DNA of 64,000 nucleotides from Antedon mediterranea. Its lineage: Eukaryota > Animalia > Echinodermata. A model generated the notes under the pieces. The model did not search any database. It saw only the letters and a program-made list of their open reading frames with translations, and was not told the origin of the DNA. The position numbers and the translations under genes are program-made. The first letter of the stretch is position 1; every line of letters begins with the position of its first letter. The stretch lies in contig NC_092676.1 in assembly GCF_964355755.1 (NCBI RefSeq), positions 19,920,871-19,984,870 of the forward strand. The letters run 5' to 3'. Below, in pieces: positions 36,296-49,738 of the stretch.

Positions 36296-39056
36296 TGAAA
36301 CATATACACAAATCATAACAATTACCAAACAAATCCCCCAAACAAACAATTCATGTTATCCGATTAAAAAAACAAAACGCCCAAACTTTTTTGTTTTAAA
36401 CATGGCATTTCTAAAAATTTTGTTTTGTTTTATTGTTAACTATTGGTAATGGTGTTGATAAAAAATAGTTATTGCTAGGTATCTTGAATTTCTGTATTTC
36501 ATATAGACCAATAAAGAATCTAATCTTAATTCTAATATATATTTGTGAAATTATAAATATTTGTCCAGATATTTATTTATTTTTATCAAGATTAAAACTA
36601 TCTGAATATTCAAAATTTGTGATATTTTTAGTTTTACCGTTATTGCGTAATATCTTTAAGCATCTGTAAAGATCTTTTCTCTTTTTGTATTTCTAAATTG
36701 CCGTAATATCTGAGAAATCCAATGAAGTGTACAGAGTTAATACCACAGCTTATCCAAACACGATTATATGACCATGGTCACATGATCAGAATTCAGATTG
36801 ACGTCAAACTGAATTCTGGTTACTTGGGTGATTCCATTGGCTTAATGACGCATTTCACAACTGTTTTTCCAATTTAAGTCGAAAATTTGCTCGCGTTTAG
36901 TAGTTATAGCTAAGGTAGAGTAACCACCATTATTTTTTAATGATAAATAAAAACAATTGATTTGTACAGTAATTTCACAAAGCGAACAAAACAAGATACA
37001 TATCATATATCGATTGTCTAATTTTTTTTCTTAGAATGTCACAGTTTATTTAAAGACGGATTTAATTTAATTCAAAATAATAATTTTGCTATTGATTACA
37101 ATTATTGTATTGTATGGAAAATTAACATTGAATGGCTGCCAAACATACAATTATTAATCAGATTAATAAAGTATATTTTATAATTTACTTTAGAATTAAA
37201 TTTAAAATAATTTAATGAAAAGTCGAAACAAACTAAACAAAATATAGCCTATAGTAAATTTAAAATAATTTTTATAAATGTATTATCGTATTCAAACACT
37301 TTAACAGTTAGGAATATTTCAGACAGTAGAAGACTTCAGAATAGTTAGTTAGACTTCAGAATAAGTTATATTGAGCTAAAGTTATTTTAAACTGTAATCT
37401 AGAAAGCTTTAAAGCTATAACTAGTGGCATAACGGTAAGGGACATCAATTACAAAAAAAGACGCTGTTTCCTGTCATAACAAGACGATACGATCATGATC
37501 GGTGGATTGGCCAATGCCATTACACAATTAAAAATCATAAACACCTTAGTAGGCTAAATACTGTAGTAGGCCCAATGTTGCCGGTGATCTGACGAGATCG
37601 GACGGGTGTTTCAATGTACGGCTTTACCACGTTGAGAAGAGGAGCAACTCATATATATGTGTACATGTATTGAAATGGTCAAGCTATTTGGAAGTCCAAT
37701 TTCCACAGATGCACAATAACGGAAAGCGGAAAACCTTGTGCTTGTCCAATGTAGAATCTGTTCATCAAGTGGGTGCAGTGTAAGCATACCCTTTAACTTT
37801 ACTGTGTAAAATGGTTATGAGAAATAACACGAATACTATATTTTTGTTTTCCGCTTACCGTTACCACTTGTCTGTTTAAATTGGTCATTAAACATAATAC
37901 ATTATTTAACTGTTACTTCCTATTAGCTAGTAAATGAACAAGGCTGGTAGTATTGAGCTACCTGCATCTCTACCTGCATGACTCACCACATCATGCCATC
38001 AACAGCAGACATAAACTATGAAATATTATGTCAAATAATATAATTAAAATTCAATTTTTCTTACTTTGTTTTCATTTAGTCTGAGGCATACATATAATCC
38101 AAAAAAAATTTCAACATAAAATTCAGATTAGATTTTTAATAGATCCCTATTGCAGGCTTATCAAGAAACTTTAATAACTACCATTCCACATTATAATGTG
38201 AGCCCATAATGTACTAGTTCTCTACAAGTAAAATTTCATGTAAAATCTACAGACTAGCCCGATAACTCGTTGAATTATCTAGAGCTAGGCCAGTTTACGA
38301 GTGATTTTGCTGTCAGTCTCCAGTTTGAAAATGACACAAAAAGTGTGGGGGGGGGGGGAGGGGTTCTTGACTGAGACATTGGGAGGAAGTACAAAGATCG
38401 GTTGGTAAGGGAAAGGTCATCTCTATCCATTTAGAAACTTAGGAATTGGCTTGACTAGCACTATCAATTAGATTCCTGGGCCAGATTAACTATATAAAAC
38501 TTTTTTACAACAATTTTATTATTACTTACTAGATATTAGATACAATATTTTCTATATGTTAAGTACATGCTATCATTTTTATAGTTTAATTGTGGAGGTA
38601 TATACATGGTTTAAAATAACAATATAAGATAATATTGGTTTTTTATTTCTTTTTTATTTCTCATGGGACTCAATATCATTAATTTGCAATTTTGTAAAGT
38701 TGGTACATACTATATTCGTAATAAACAAGGAATATTATTTTTTTTAAATCCAGATATTAATATTTGATAATAAATAAAATGAGTGTATGCGCTGAACTAT
38801 TCCATGAAAACATCAGTTTCAATGAATAGTTTTTCAAAGAAAATGCTTTGATTATAAAAACTAATCATTAGAAATTAGTTACTTTTTACAGTTATCCTCT
38901 CCTGCATTTAGGAAGCTTTAAAGGTAAAGCCAGTGTGCTTTTCAAAACAATTTTGGTTTTAACAAATGGTGTTTAGACATGTAGTCAGCAGGATTGAATT
39001 TAAGGGAGACATCCCCTTTAAATTTTACAAAAAACCAGGACTCCATGCTATTTTTC

Positions 39057-39237
39057 ATTGAATTGAATTGAAATGTATATTTATACTGGGTAACCTCTTC
39101 AGTCAATGACTGGTCTCCCAGAGGGCCCAGTTGGTGATCAGTGGCTGTGATGTACTAATACACCGGGTTAACCCTCTACTCGTCTCGAAAGATGTACTAG
39201 GTTCTTTGAAAGTGCACACGAGCTAGATGTGTACACT

Positions 39238-39271
<34 letters not shown>

Positions 39272-39378
39272 TCGTTCTACCACCAGAACCATGGAGTGAG
39301 TGAGCCTCGAACCCCTGCCGATGTTATGGCTAGGTAATTACGGTTCCACTGTCTTAACCGCTAGGCCACTCACTCACT
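39057..39378 (-). mobile_element. Deu/Nin-core SINE, (TTCAA)n tail variant
   Basis: Head and core nearly identical to 18990-19208; different 3' module; TCATTGA on both flanks. Confidence 0.78.
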
Positions 39379-39505
39379 CATTGATTCGGCATGGAATGTG
39401 CTCCCTGCCCCCATCCATAAATACAAAATGTGGATATGCCTAAGGTCAGTTTAATGACAGTTAAGCAGCATAAAGGCACAGACAAGTAGATTCAATGGTA
39501 TTCTA

Positions 39506-40401
39506 CCGTATATTTCGGTGTATAAGTTGCACTTTTGACACGCAAATTTGACCTCTAAATTAAGGGTGCGTCTTATACACCGAACATAAAATGCCTCACC
39601 ACACAGATTGTACATATGCCTAGGCCTAGGCCTAGTAGGCTATCGTCACCTCGTTTGCTAGGCCTGAGTAGGCTAGGCCTAGCTACAGTAACTAACTAAC
39701 GTAACGGCAACCTGCTTCTGCCTAGTTTTCAAGTCATTTTAGCATGATGTTATACTAAATATGATGAAAAGATTTGTTCATTATGGCGCTTCGATAAAAT
39801 TTCATTTGTAAACGTTTACGTAATTGGAATACTGTAGTATTTATTTATACAGTAGTTATACGCACGATCGCCGTACCCCCCCCCCCCCCCCCAAGCGCAA
39901 GCGCAAGCCCAAGCCCAAGCCCAAGCCCTTCTTTTGGTGTGGTGGCCACATGGTGTACGGTATTCGACTAGGATATTCTCCAGGTGATTATAGCATGTAC
40001 ACACTTCTCAGATAGATAGATACTAATCGAATACGATTTTCCGTGAAAACGTGCGCCCTCTCGAAATGATCGAGCGAGGCTAGCCCACACACGTGCGTGT
40101 TACACACACGGTCATCATGCACTCGATGTTGCGGCGAAACTCATGAATAACAAGTTAGAAAGAACTTGTTGAGGCTGGGCGCGGCCGAGCCTAGGTAAGA
40201 AAAAACCTAAATAAAGGACGCCGTTGTAGATATAACAAAATATATTATTACAATGATATTGATTACAATTTAAAAAAACATTGTTTTGATGAAATATAAG
40301 GTGCGTCTTATACATCGACGATATAAAAAATACCGATATTTTACTCTCAGTTAGGGGGTGCGTCTTATACACAGGTGCGACTTATACACCGAAATATACG
40401 G
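39506..40401. mobile_element. pogo/Tigger-like (Tc1/mariner) non-autonomous element
   Basis: TIR CCGTATATTTCGGTGTATAAG / CTTATACACCGAAATATACGG; TA duplication; sub-terminal GGTGCGTCTTATAC repeats. Confidence 0.85.
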
Positions 40402-40679
40402 TATATGACCACCTTTACACAAATGTGGAGTGGAATAGATGCAGATGAAAATAGATACAGATTGTATGTGGGACAAACTAAGCGGTTTTCTGCTTACCGT
40501 TATCGCTTGTCTGTGTAAGTTGGCCTTTACTACGATAAGCCTATCGCTATGGCAATCACTAAATGGCTTGGTTAATAACGAAATGCATAAAAATAGTTCA
40601 CTTTCAGCTAAGCGTATTATTAGTCCTAATGTGTGAACACCCTGGGTTTTATGTTGCAATGATACTAAGTAATACGCTT

Positions 40680-40861
40680 GCCTCTCTCCACCCAGGTGTA
40701 TAAATAGGAACCCGGTTAGACCAAGATTCAACTTTGCGCTGATTACTAGCTGCATTATGGGAGTATGTTTCCATACGAGTTTGATCCAAAAAATTAGTAG
40801 GGTAATAATGTTCAGCACTTAGAAGTTTCAAAACATTAGGTGTATAAACATAAATCCAGGA

Positions 40862-40893
<32 letters not shown>
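40680..40893 (+). mobile_element. 5'-truncated CORE-like SINE with (ATT)n tail
   Basis: Matches body of 25225-25510. Confidence 0.7.
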
Positions 40894-40896
<3 letters not shown>

Positions 40897-43800
40897 ACAC
40901 TAACATTATTCATGTCCGAGTTCACTGACATCAAATTAATTTTTATCAATATCAAATGAATAAATTATACTCATAATATATACAATTCAATTCATGAATG
41001 TTATGAATAATATAAACCCATAGAGAATTTAATTTTCGATTTAATAATAATCCTATATTGAAATTTAATTGGTTTTAATCAAACTACAGAAGAAGTAACT
41101 GATTATCAGACTATTTTTTATAAAACTTTTCCATGTCATCTTTTGGTCATGTTTTTTTTTTATGGTTAAAGATGATGTATAATGTTTAGTATATGTTAAG
41201 AATAGTTAAATTACTAAACAAACCAGCTATAAAAACATTCAAAATTACATTTGACGTGATCCGTGTCATCAGGGATCCTCGGTTTTCAGTGAATGCAATT
41301 AAGTATAAATGTCAAAGCAAGTTACTACGAGCGGGTTTCATTGCGAACCCATTCTATGACATCAGATCACGCCACATTGCGTGACGTGAACCATGCATAG
41401 TCAATTGGGGATATCTTCCTAATGTTATGTTTTGTTACTTTCTCAACCATTAGAGATTCTAAAATAAAATTAAGTATGTTATTTACACAATTTATTGCTA
41501 ACTAAACAAGGTGGTATAGTATTCTGTGACATCAGGCAAGATCACGCCATACTCTGACATACAGTAAATCATTCACAGTCAATTGGACAAAGATATCCTA
41601 ATATTCATGTTTTTTTGTGCAAATTATGATTTGTTAACATTAAATTACTATGTGCTTGTTTAATCTTCCATTGTCTTGAAAAAGAAATTTGATTGTGATT
41701 TGTGGGGAGGTACTTGAGGGCATATTTTATAGAACTATACCATTTGTGGAGCGGGTGTTCAATGAAAATGTCTCACTCTTCAAGGAAAATAGGCTATTGT
41801 TGGTTTATCCAAGTAAGCTAGGCACGAAAAAGACACTCTTTTGGATACCATATTTAGAAAAACCCCTTCTAACGGTACACTTTCCTGTATGAATGGGGAT
41901 GCAATATATGTTTTAACACTATGGTCAATCTTTTATTCAGAGAACAACTACAACTGATATACACAGCATTGTCATTTTTTCAGTAATTTGCCTGATTTAT
42001 AATATTATATTCAGACACGCTCCCATTTTTTCCAGTTAAAATGGAATTACAAAGTATTGTATCTATTTTCGACATTACTACAGTAATCATATATGCTAGT
42101 GTTCCACCGGCAGATTTTCAGAGCAAAATGGCTGAAGATTGATTTTTGTGTGGGTTCAGAACCGGACAAAGGTACAGATTGATTTCAGTGTTATAGTTAG
42201 CATGCTATTTCCAGTAGTGCATTGACAAATCAATATTAGGAAATGGCTATGTGAACTCAGGTTTCAGTGCCATTGTTCTCATCAAACAAAAAACTATTCC
42301 ACTTCGATAACATACATTACAATAGAGAAAGTCTATCGTACTGTATATGGGTTAACAAATAAATTATATTTGCATTCAATTAAAAAAAAGGGTTTTAAAA
42401 TATCATTTTAGAGGACATTTTGATATTACTACTTTGCTGAATTGCTGAAAAAATGTGAATTGAATTGAATTGAACTTGTGACGATTAAAAATGATAATGA
42501 TGATGAAAAATATGAGATTAATTAACTAGAGAGTGAACTAGGAGACAGTGAAGTGACTCTTCAAAATGGCCACCATCAGTCATTTAATATAATAATTACC
42601 CTCATTATCTATGAAGAACCATATAAATCATGTTTTTATAAAAACAATACAGATTTATAAAATGAACTTGTTTATTAACAGCAATAAAATTAATAGATTT
42701 TTTTTGCATACGTAAATCTAGTCTGGGCTCCGGACGGAGTTTTGTAAAAATATAAATATTTTTGCACATATGGCGTTTCATACGTGTATTACTTGAGTTT
42801 GGATACTCCGTCTGGGGAAACACGCATAAGTCACATGGTTTGACACCAAGAATTCTTGGTGCATAAATTATCCAGTTGACTAGTTTCAGCCGCATGCCAT
42901 TGGCTACTCACTCGTACGTCGTTTTAATATTCATATTTCAGAATTTCAAATACTCAACGTCTAAGACGATGCGCATGCGCTATGTTACGTTTAGACAATG
43001 TGTACTTGGGTACATTGATGAAAGTTTCTGAAGGCTAAAAATAAAAATGATTTTATATGCCTAGTAGTCTGGTAAACATTTGATGAGATTTTTCCCAAGA
43101 ACATGAAAACTCGTCGTGATATGATAGGCTAGTTCTCCGCCAAATCAAACATTGAATGGATCATTTATTATGCGGAGAAAATTTGATTTAATTCCCACCC
43201 AGACCCTGTCCTGTTCTGTGTGGTGGTGTAGCCCTGTTGTGTGCCGGTCGGTGGTGGTATGTACCTTATTGGCGTTTTATTTGGAAGGTCATACGTACGA
43301 GTTGAGTAGCCCTACGAGCCCGCCTACGAAGGAGGCCTAGGCCAGAACAATTAATAAACAAAACAAAACTTGGCAACACGATTTTATATTTCAACAGTTG
43401 TTCAGTCTCGATCGTACATTCAGCACACTGTACGTACGGTACTCGATCTTTTTATATGGACATGATGACATTGTATCACTACCATATTTGGGCACATCAA
43501 ACTTTTTTTGTCAAACTAGTTAGATAGTGCAGACAGAGCTATATAAGATATACATCCATTCCCACCCCTACCAGCCATTAATTATTGGTTAAGATTTGGA
43601 GTACAGTGACACCTGTAATTTCAACAATCTTTTACATGATCATTAATCCCAGATGTTATAATTACCCTAGCCGATCCTCTTGTTAAAATGTGCTAAGTAC
43701 CTTGGCCTAATTTCCCTCATTATGTCATTGATCCATTTAATGTATTCCTGCTATAGCTAACACACTACTGCACATCTCATGAAATCAATACACTCATTGC

Positions 43801-44751
43801 AAATTTTAATAGATCACGAAATCATACTCTTCGTTAATTACTAAAGGCCATGTTATGATGCCCAGGAAAATGTTTACAATTACAGATAATGGACGCACCA
43901 TTATACTTGGACAATCTAGTGATGTATACGACCGATATATAAATAACTCGCAAGAAACGAATCCGATATAAATAACTCACAAGAAACAGATCTGAATATG
44001 TAATGATATTGCTTATCTGATTAATGAAATTCTTAAATAACGCTTCACGATGTAATGACAACTGCGTAAATCATTCACTAACCCCCATGGGCTTAAACAA
44101 GAAACTTCCACTCAAGATTTATTCTTTGTGATTAATATTCTCAAATGAAAACAATTTGTTTCATGAAAAAAAACCAGGGATCATGTAAACAGTGGGTATT
44201 AAACCGTTGCCAATAATTGAAGGCAGAGTTTTCCAACATCCCAAGAGGATATACATTGAACGAGCACATAAATTTATGGTGTTATGTGCACTTGTAAAGG
44301 TAATTCTAACCATGTATACGAGTAATTCTGAAGGCACAAATACAGTATATTCTTTAGGGAGGAGAGAATTTTGTACATGTAAGCATGCCGCATGTCATGA
44401 GGTTTATTTCTTCAGATTAGGTCAGGGATCTGTAACACTACATGTTAATGCGACATCAGAGAATTTCTAGTGAATTATGGTAAAACAAATTTAGAAATAA
44501 TTGTTATTTTTATGAGTTCAGATCACTAGAATATAAAAAAATATGTCTAAATTCATTATCATTGTCATCTAAACCTATGTAAGATCGCAATCAAATGGTT
44601 TCGCAAAAAATCCTAATTTAATTACATGTGCAGTTTTAGAGTAATTGGGAGCTACAATAATATTTCTTTAAGGGCTTTTTTTCCACATATAAAAGTACAG
44701 TGTTTTTTCTGAATTATTTGATCAGTAGTTAATTAGCTAGTTTGATTTGGT

Positions 44752-46460
44752 CAGGGGTGGCGCTAGGATCTTCCCAACGCGTTCTAGCGTCATTTGAGGT
44801 CATTTTAATCAGATTTAGGGTAGCCATTTTTTCCATTTTTTATAATGCATAAATAAAATACTGCGTGCAAAAAAACGATGCGCGATGACTGTTTCAATCC
44901 ATCTTTTTCAATTTAAAAAATAAAAGTTCAAAGAAAATTTAGAAAAATAGAGTTGGAGGTCCTGGAAATTGGACTTATTATACTTCAAAACATGAAACAA
45001 AATATATAAGTCCCTATCATGGTTGTGACTGAGCTAAGAAATGTTTGAAAAATAGAGATGTTAGGTCCCGGAAAATGCACTTCTTGTACTTCGAAATATG
45101 ACCAGCTTTATTGTTGGGGCTGAGCTAAGAAAATGTTTAAAACTAGAGCTGCAGGTCTTCAAAAAATTGCATTTTATACTTTGGAAACATCAGAGGCTTA
45201 AAAAACGCAAGCGTAGACATTTTTCAGTCGGGGAAATAAGTTTATTCCTCCCAAGTGTATGCCTGCGTACCATCTGGACTTCCAAGTGGTGAAAAATTCA
45301 TGACATACAGGACATTGAAAATTTAATAACTTAGCTATAATAAGATGTTGGCTAAGCGAAAATGGCATGTTTTTTTGTTTAGTAATGGATGAAATATTTA
45401 TTTTAGGTGCCCCACGGTACAGAAGGTTACTTGTAAATTAAAAAATTGGTGAACATACGAACAATTAACATAATTCGTTTTTGCTGTAACTAGTGTAGCG
45501 TACGTCGACACAGTACACGACGTAACCGTCGGTAAACTTCGCCTGGAAAATAACTACAGTACACATTTTGGTCCCTGGATGGAACATGATATCACGACCC
45601 AACGTTGAACGATTCGTACAAAGGGATACCGCCAGACAAGTGCGTACCTATAGCTATTGTTTATAGTAGTAATTTAGATCGCTGGCAATAATGAATGCAT
45701 ATAAAGTGCATAATTTCACTCTGACGTACTCTCACGGTCAATGAAACGTCGAGGTTTTCTAGGCGCTGAAGCTACGAAGTGAACGCGAACGAATTATATT
45801 CCCCGACAAAAAGTACCCGAACCGTCGGTAAACTTCGCCTGGAAAATAACTACATTACACATTTTGGTCCCTGGGTGGAACTTGATATCACGCGTCTCGA
45901 CCCAACGTTGAACGATTCGTACAAAGGGATACCGCCAGACAAGTGCGTACCTAGCTAATGTTTAGTAGTAAGTTAGATCGCTGGCAATAATGAATGCATA
46001 TAAATTGCATAATAGCACTCTGACGTACTCTCACGGTCAATGAGACGTCGCGGTTTTCTAGGCGCTGAAGCTACCAAGTGAACGCGAACGTTTTTTACTG
46101 TATATTATATTCCCCGACAAAAAGTACCCGTGTTCCCTTCGGTAACCGTCGGTAAACTTCGCCTGGAAAATAACTACATTACACATTTTGGTCCCTGGAT
46201 GGAACATGATATCACGCGTCTCGACCCAACGGTGAACGATTCGTACAAAGGGATACCGCCAAACAAGTGCGTACTAGCTATTGTTTAGTAGTTAGATCTC
46301 TGGCAATAATGAATGCATAAAAGTGCATAATAGCCCTCTGACGTACTCTCACGGTCAATGGAACGTCGTGGTTTTCCAAGCGCTGAAGCTATATGAAGTG
46401 AACGCGAACGTTTTTTACTGTATGTTATATTCCCCGACAAAAAGTACCCGTGTTCCCCGA

Positions 46461-46503
<43 letters not shown>

Positions 46504-46561
46504 CTAGGCTCCCCGACGAGGGGGCTAGAGCCCCCGTAGCCCCCCGCTGGCGCCACCACTG
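44752..46561. mobile_element. 1.8-kb hAT-type non-autonomous element with 3 internal ~310-bp tandem repeats and a 42-nt poly-G
   Basis: TIR CAGGGGTGGCGCTAG / CTGGCGCCACCACTG; exact 8-bp TSD GATTTGGT (44744-44751, 46562-46569). Confidence 0.87.
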
Positions 46562-47414
46562 GATTTGGTATAAATATATAGAGGATGAATCTTTTTAGGT
46601 ATCTACTAAACCATTAGTTTTTCAGGCGTGGCGAAGGCGGAAAACACATTGGACCAAGGCTCTAGGTCTTGAAGTAAAGCCAAGTAATAAATTTATATAT
46701 TAAGATATTTTTTTATGTACTATTAAAGAAGAACAAATTGCACCTCAGCAGGAGATGGGAAGATCACTGCCGTAGCCAGCATGAGGCAGACGGGCGCTCA
46801 CCTCGTCTGAAATTTTCAATTTTCACTACCAACCCCAATTTCCCAGATCGTCTATACATTACATTGGATATTCAAATGCAATAGTCTTTTTATTACTGCA
46901 CTCACAATTGAGAGAGGAGCCTTAGTGTCTATCTTTTAATATTGATTCTATTCTATAAACAAATTTAATCATATCAAATTTAATCTTTCTCTGGATAAGT
47001 GCGTTATCCCGACTCGTTTAAATTACATCAATTCGACAAAAGCTGATGATTACTGGGGTAACTAGGTGGAAAATTTAAATTACTTTGGTTTAATATTACA
47101 TATATTATTGAGCAAGAACCACTCTAATATTCAACATACATCTATTGAGATTATACATACAGAAACTTGTAAATTAAAATTATAAAAAAATACCACTGTC
47201 TTAGAGAGGAGTTCAGGAATACATTTTTACTTTTCAATTATGTTCTCTCCTTGAAGGGGGAAAGGGCTATGTCAGTTCATCCGGGTAAGCTAGTCACGTA
47301 ATAGACTAATCCCTTTCCAATCATTATACCGTAACTAACCCTTAGAGAAGTACAGCAGTACAGTACTCTCAAAGACAATAGACTTTTTGGACAAATATCA
47401 TCCAGACCCCCTTA

Positions 47415-47572
47415 AGAGTCTTTCACAAATGTTTTCGGTCCGGCATCAGCAAATCCAATCAAACGACGATCACTCTGCGATTGGCACATAGCCACGTGGA
47501 GTGACGGGAAAACGAAACATTGGAGTTCCATTTGCCAGAACAGACCATGCTGGAACAGGTGTGAAAGACCCT
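47415..47572. mobile_element. Harbinger-type MITE
   Basis: TIR AGAGTCTTTCACA / TGTGAAAGACCCT; TTA TSD. Confidence 0.7.
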
Positions 47573-47603
47573 TTAATGTGGAATTAGCGTAATGTTTAGA
47601 TGT

Positions 47604-48036
47604 TCTAGGGGTTGTTCTAGGGGTTGCTCTAAGGTTGCTCTAGGGATTGCTCTGGGGGTTGCTCTGGGGGTTGCTCTAGGGGTTGCTCTGGGGGTTGCTC
47701 TAGGGGTCGCTCTGGGGGTCGCTCTGGGGGTCGCTCTAGGGGTTGCTCTAAGGTTGCTCTGGGGGTTGCTCTTGGGGTTGCTCTGGGGGTCGCTCTGGGG
47801 GTCGCTCTGGGGGTTGCTCTAGGGGTTGCTCTTGGGGTTGCTCTAGGGGTCGCTCTGGGGGTCGCTCTAGGGGTTGCTCTAGGGGTTGCTCTAGGGGTTG
47901 CTCTAAGGTTGCTCTGGGGGTTGCTCTTGGGGTCGCTCTGGGGGTCGCTCTAGGGGTTGCTCTGGGGGTTGCTCTAGGGGTTGCTCTGGGGGTTGCTCTA
48001 GGGGTTGCTCTTGGGGTCGCTCTAGGGGTCGCTCTG
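47604..48036. repeat. 12-bp G-rich minisatellite (GGGGTTGCTCTR)n
   Basis: About 36 tandem units. Confidence 0.93.
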
Positions 48037-49738
48037 GATGTAGTTGAGGTGGTCGTCATTATTGATAATGCTATAATTATAAAGTTGATGCAATGTACTT
48101 GCCTAAGTGGATTTTTAAGTGGATGCAGATTCTTTAGAATATTTAGTTCTCATTAATTCTGATATTACAAAAAATCTTATAGATGAGGGTTCAATCTCCT
48201 TCTTCCAACCCTTATAATGGCATGTTGTATTTCTACTAGGAAAATCATTTGAACATTGTTTAATTGGGAAATGACGTCAAAGATGAGATGCATGTGTTAA
48301 AAGATACTTACAATAGCAGATCCAATGACGAATATGGCACAAGCAAAACCTATAATATATGGAGTGTAACCCTGCTCTAAAAACGATTCCTCTGGTTCTT
48401 CCATTACATTCTATAAAGTAAAATGAAAGCAACAATTTTAGAAAATAAATTAATAAACAGAAACGGTCTAGTTGGCTACAAATTGTTACAAAGATTACCA
48501 TTTTTTGGGCTAATCACATTTTGTTATCAAGAGTGGTTTTTTTACGCATATGCAAACATCAACGATTTCTTCCGTATTGTAATAAATATTTTGATGAGTG
48601 CAACAATTATCTTGTCCCTTGGGAAGCGAGTATTAATGCAAAACAAAACTGAGCGATCACGCCAGCATTAAGAGAAAGTGATTAACACCAGAGCCAATTG
48701 AAACGTCACCAATACGCACAACTAATTGGCATACTGCCAAGACTATTTGACAGAGGATAAGTCCACCAAGCGAGCGTGGTAATGACAAAGAGTTTGAGAT
48801 GATGATTATGTGGCTTTAAACAAGTTGATACGTAGCTGTGATCCGACGTGAAGCGTGTCATTACTCATATCAGCTAGTGTAGCAGTGATTTGTGATTCAA
48901 TTATCAACAGATAGATTCTACCCCATTCATTATACAATTACTACTTCTACTAAAGTGGCATCCCTCTCTCTGGCATAAATACCACCCCACCCACGACAAC
49001 AAACCCCATCAGAAGTGCATAACTCTGTTTACTGGTAAATGTACTTGTAGAATTGTTTCATTTATAGGACATTAAATATTTAAATTATTTTTGAATTTGT
49101 CATATGCAGAAAACTCATGAATAAAAATAAAATTTTTTAAATGTCATAAATGTCACAATAGAATTATGTACCTTTTTACAGTACATTATTAATAGAAGTT
49201 GACATACATTTGCTCAACATCAATATATTGTTGATATGGTGAGTAATAATAATAAGAGAACGCATATGGTACCCCGTTAATAGTGTGTTATTTATTGTAC
49301 TAGAACTCTTTACACTACATTCACACGGGAGACGGCGCTGTTAAATTCTTTCGGTGAAACGGAGCATAAATGCACCTTTTACTCTTGCTGTCGAGACTGA
49401 CCGATGTCATAGAACATGAGTTGATAAGAAGATAATGAGATTAATACTTATTATAGGAAGAATCACAGACATAGGGTTTAATAGAACAAAAGTCACTAGG
49501 GAAAATTATATTCACCTTAACAAAAGAAATTTGCCCACTCATGAGAAAAGTTTATTAGCACTAAACTAGCCCTGATATAGGCTAGTTGGGTGGGGGGGGG
49601 GGGGGACTATACCCGGGGAAACCTTAGTGCAGGAAAAAAAAATTATTAGTAAGCATTTCTTGTAAAACTTATCTGAACTGGCTAGAGAGAGGACTACATC
49701 CAGACCAAAAGTCAATACTGGGACTATACCCAGGGATA

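Noticed and set aside
37987-38015. 29-nt minus-strand mini-exon with GTGAGT donor as a PTP coding exon
   Set aside because: The frame needed to join exon 32165 contains a TGA; at most a UTR exon, with no other support.
39824-40015. NLS-like PPPPKRKRKPKPK ORF
   Set aside because: Lies within a pogo-like MITE and derives from poly-C and 6-bp repeats.
47592-48059. VALG and RATP repeat ORFs
   Set aside because: 12-bp minisatellite artefacts.
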